64,000 nt of DNA from Candidatus Falkowbacteria bacterium RIFOXYD12_FULL_34_57. GTDB taxonomy: Bacteria > Patescibacteriota > Patescibacteriia > Patescibacteriales > UBA12075. Of the stretch, positions 62,623 to 64,000 are shown one piece after another; within the stretch, counting starts at the first letter, position 1; each line of letters starts with the position of its first letter. Under the pieces are notes generated by a model that was not told the DNA's origin, did no database searches, and saw only the letters and a program-made list of their open reading frames with translations. A program made the position numbers and the translations under genes. The stretch spans positions 7,346 to 71,345 of the forward strand of contig MFGN01000007.1 of assembly GCA_001780285.1 (NCBI GenBank), read 5' to 3'.

Positions 62623-62865
62623 ATTTTGTTAAATTACCCAAGGAGAAGTAAAATTCATTCAGTGGGGAAAACTTGACAAATGGCACTTGTAAAAATTTTT
62701 AATAAGCTATAATATTATGTTTATAATATTAAGTTTATATTAATACGATATAAGGAAGTATTTTAGCAACTCTATCTTTACATTAAAGGTAGAAAGTGCA
62801 AAATAATAATTATTATCGAATTTAGAAAGGTTTAATTCAACATAAGAAAACGAATAAAAATATTA

Positions 62866-62890
62866 GTAAATCCGTTTATTGGGGATTTAC
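62866..62890 (+). other. Stem-loop in the rpsJ-rplC spacer
   Basis: GTAAATCC (62866-62873) / 9-nt loop / GGATTTAC (62883-62890). Confidence 0.45.
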
Positions 62891-62900
62891 TTTATTCGGC

Positions 62901-62925
62901 AACTTGTTGAGAAACAAGTTTTTTG
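62901..62925 (+). terminator. Terminator-like hairpin with U-tract 35 nt upstream of rplC (candidate attenuator)
   Basis: AACTTGTT (62901-62908) / loop GAGA / AACAAGTT (62913-62920), then TTTTTG. Confidence 0.55.
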
Positions 62926-62959
62926 TTTACTTGAATTGCTTTAAAAATAACGAAAGATT

Positions 62960-63715
62960 ATGAAATTTATCATAGGAAAAAAAATTGAAATGACACAGGT
63001 TTGGAAAAATGATGATGAGGTAGTAGCAGTTACCAGAGTTCAAGCTGGTCCATGCACGGTAACCCAAACTAAAACCAAAGAGAGAGATGGTTATGTAGCC
63101 GTGCAACTTGGATATGGAGAGAAAAAAGAAAAAAATATAAGAAAACCACAAAGAAATCACTTGAAGGGTTTGGGGGACATAAGATTTATGCGTGAATTTA
63201 GAGTGGAGGCGGAAGGTTTAAATCGAGGAGATATCGTTGATGTGAGCTCTTTTGAGGTGGGAGATATAGTAGAGGTTGTTGGAGTATCAAAAGGAAAGGG
63301 ATTTCAGGGTGTAGTAAAAAGACATGGTTTTAAGGGAACAAAAGCTACTCATGGTAATAAAGATCAATTAAGAATGCCAGGCTCTGTTGGAGCTACTGGG
63401 CCAGCTCATATATTTAAGGGAACCAGAATGGGGGGGCGTATGGGGAATGATCAGGTAACCATTAAAAATTTAGAGATTGTTGAAATAGATAAAGAAAATA
63501 ATATAATCTCTGTAAAAGGAGCGTTACCAGGAGCTCGAAATAGTTTAGTATTAATACAGGGAAAAGGTGAAATGAAAATAGTAGAAAGTCCGAAGCCCAA
63601 GGTTGAAAGTCAAGAAAGCGAAAAAAAAGATGATAAAATACAGATTGAAAATAAAGAACAAGTTAAAACTTCAAAAGAAGAAGTGAAGAAAGAGAAAACA
63701 GAAGAAGAAAAATAA
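62960..63715 (+). CDS. rplC: 50S ribosomal protein L3 with a ~50-aa Lys/Glu-rich C-terminal tail
   Basis: GKKIEMTQVW...VTRVQAGPC.VTQ...GKGFQGVVKRHGF.G...THG...R.PGS.GA.  The tail at aa ~202-251 (nt 63563-63712) is K/E-rich. Confidence 0.95.
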   Translation: MKFIIGKKIEMTQVWKNDDEVVAVTRVQAGPCTVTQTKTKERDGYVAVQLGYGEKKEKNIRKPQRNHLKGLGDIRFMREFRVEAEGLNRGDIVDVSSFEVGDIVEVVGVSKGKGFQGVVKRHGFKGTKATHGNKDQLRMPGSVGATGPAHIFKGTRMGGRMGNDQVTIKNLEIVEIDKENNIISVKGALPGARNSLVLIQGKGEMKIVESPKPKVESQESEKKDDKIQIENKEQVKTSKEEVKKEKTEEEK

Positions 63716-63771
63716 TAAATTCAGAAGAAAGTCCAAAATTTAAAGTTTATAGACTTTTGACTAAATAATAT

Positions 63772-64000
63772 ATGATTAAAGTTAAAGTATACAATCAAAA
63801 AGCGGAAAAAATTGATGATATTCAGTTATCTGATAAAGTTTTTAATGTTAAAACAAATTTAGATTTAGTGCATCAGGCGGTGCTCAGTCAAATGGGAAAT
63901 ATTCGTCAAGTTTTGGCTCACACCAAAGATAGAAGCGAGGTAAGCGGGGGCGGAAAAAAACCATGGAGACAAAAGGGAACAGGAAGAGCTCGTGTCGGAT
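63772..64000 (+). CDS. rplD: 50S ribosomal protein L4 (3' end outside window)
   Basis: Not in the ORF track because it is open at the window edge. My translation is MIKVKVYNQKAEKIDDIQLSDKVF...HTKDRSEVSGGGKKPWRQKGTGRARVG. Confidence 0.9.
   Translation, partial: MIKVKVYNQKAEKIDDIQLSDKVFNVKTNLDLVHQAVLSQMGNIRQVLAHTKDRSEVSGGGKKPWRQKGTGRARVG

Noticed and set aside
1-64000. Alternative genetic code (UGA recoding, as in some candidate phyla)
   Set aside because: TGA terminates well-defined genes at conserved C-termini (e.g. the oppD-like gene at 43461-43463 and the GH130 gene at 11065-11067). Long ORFs match family lengths under the standard code.
1-64000. CRISPR arrays, cas genes or recognisable defence systems (restriction-modification, CBASS, retron and similar)
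   Set aside because: I saw no regularly spaced direct repeats and no nuclease, helicase, methylase or RT signatures among the translated ORFs. The only tandem repeat is the 2 x 22 bp array at 13080-13123.

Overview
This is an AT-rich bacterial chromosomal segment, roughly one-third GC by eye. It uses the standard genetic code (TGA acts as a stop, e.g. 43461-43463). I support about 58 protein genes. I recognised no rRNA, tRNA, CRISPR array, transposase, integrase or reverse transcriptase.

The gene content suggests an uncultivated small-cell lineage, possibly CPR/Patescibacteria-like; this is inference only. It rests on cohesin/dockerin surface proteins, a type IV pilus locus without a secretin, a compact metK and ribosomal proteins with charged tails.

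Layout:
- 0-4 kb: a dockerin protein, hsp20 and a membrane cohesin protein.
- 4-12 kb: glycan genes. These are a PIG-L deacetylase plus GT4 pair and a minus-strand GH130 / GT4-fusion / methyltransferase / glycosidase operon.
- 12-24 kb: a dense signalling island with three histidine kinases and four receiver-domain proteins.
- 24-31.5 kb: the type IV pilus locus pilB-pilC-4 pseudopilins-pilM-major pilin.
- 31.5-45 kb: repeat-rich intergenic elements around a CAP-domain protein, a secreted HExxH protein plus lipoprotein pair, a SAM riboswitch with metK, and an Opp/Dpp ABC transporter.
- 45-57 kb: peptidases (M20, M23, S41), grpE, and a second binding-protein-plus-sensor pair.
- 57-64 kb: rpsL-rpsG-fusA-(extra ORF)-tuf-rpsJ-rplC-rplD.

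The best candidate for an undescribed system is the cassette at 13.2-15.7 kb. It lies between an OmpR-type regulator gene and a histidine kinase gene. It encodes a 7-TM PQ-loop/SWEET-like domain fused to a guanidinoacetate-methyltransferase (GAMT) homologue, then a pyruvoyl AdoMetDC-like decarboxylase, then a GNAT-like protein. Four 11-bp direct repeats sit at its promoter.

Other notable signals:
- An orphan PotD-like polyamine-binding lipoprotein is translationally coupled to a dCache kinase upstream of a CheY gene and the pilus genes.
- A 281-bp element has perfect 27-bp terminal inverted repeats.
- A structured 180-223 bp element occurs twice in direct orientation, flanking an 11-kb segment.
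- The rpsL-rpsG and rpsJ-rplC spacers are unusually long and structured.

All family calls come from motif recognition by eye. No database search was run.
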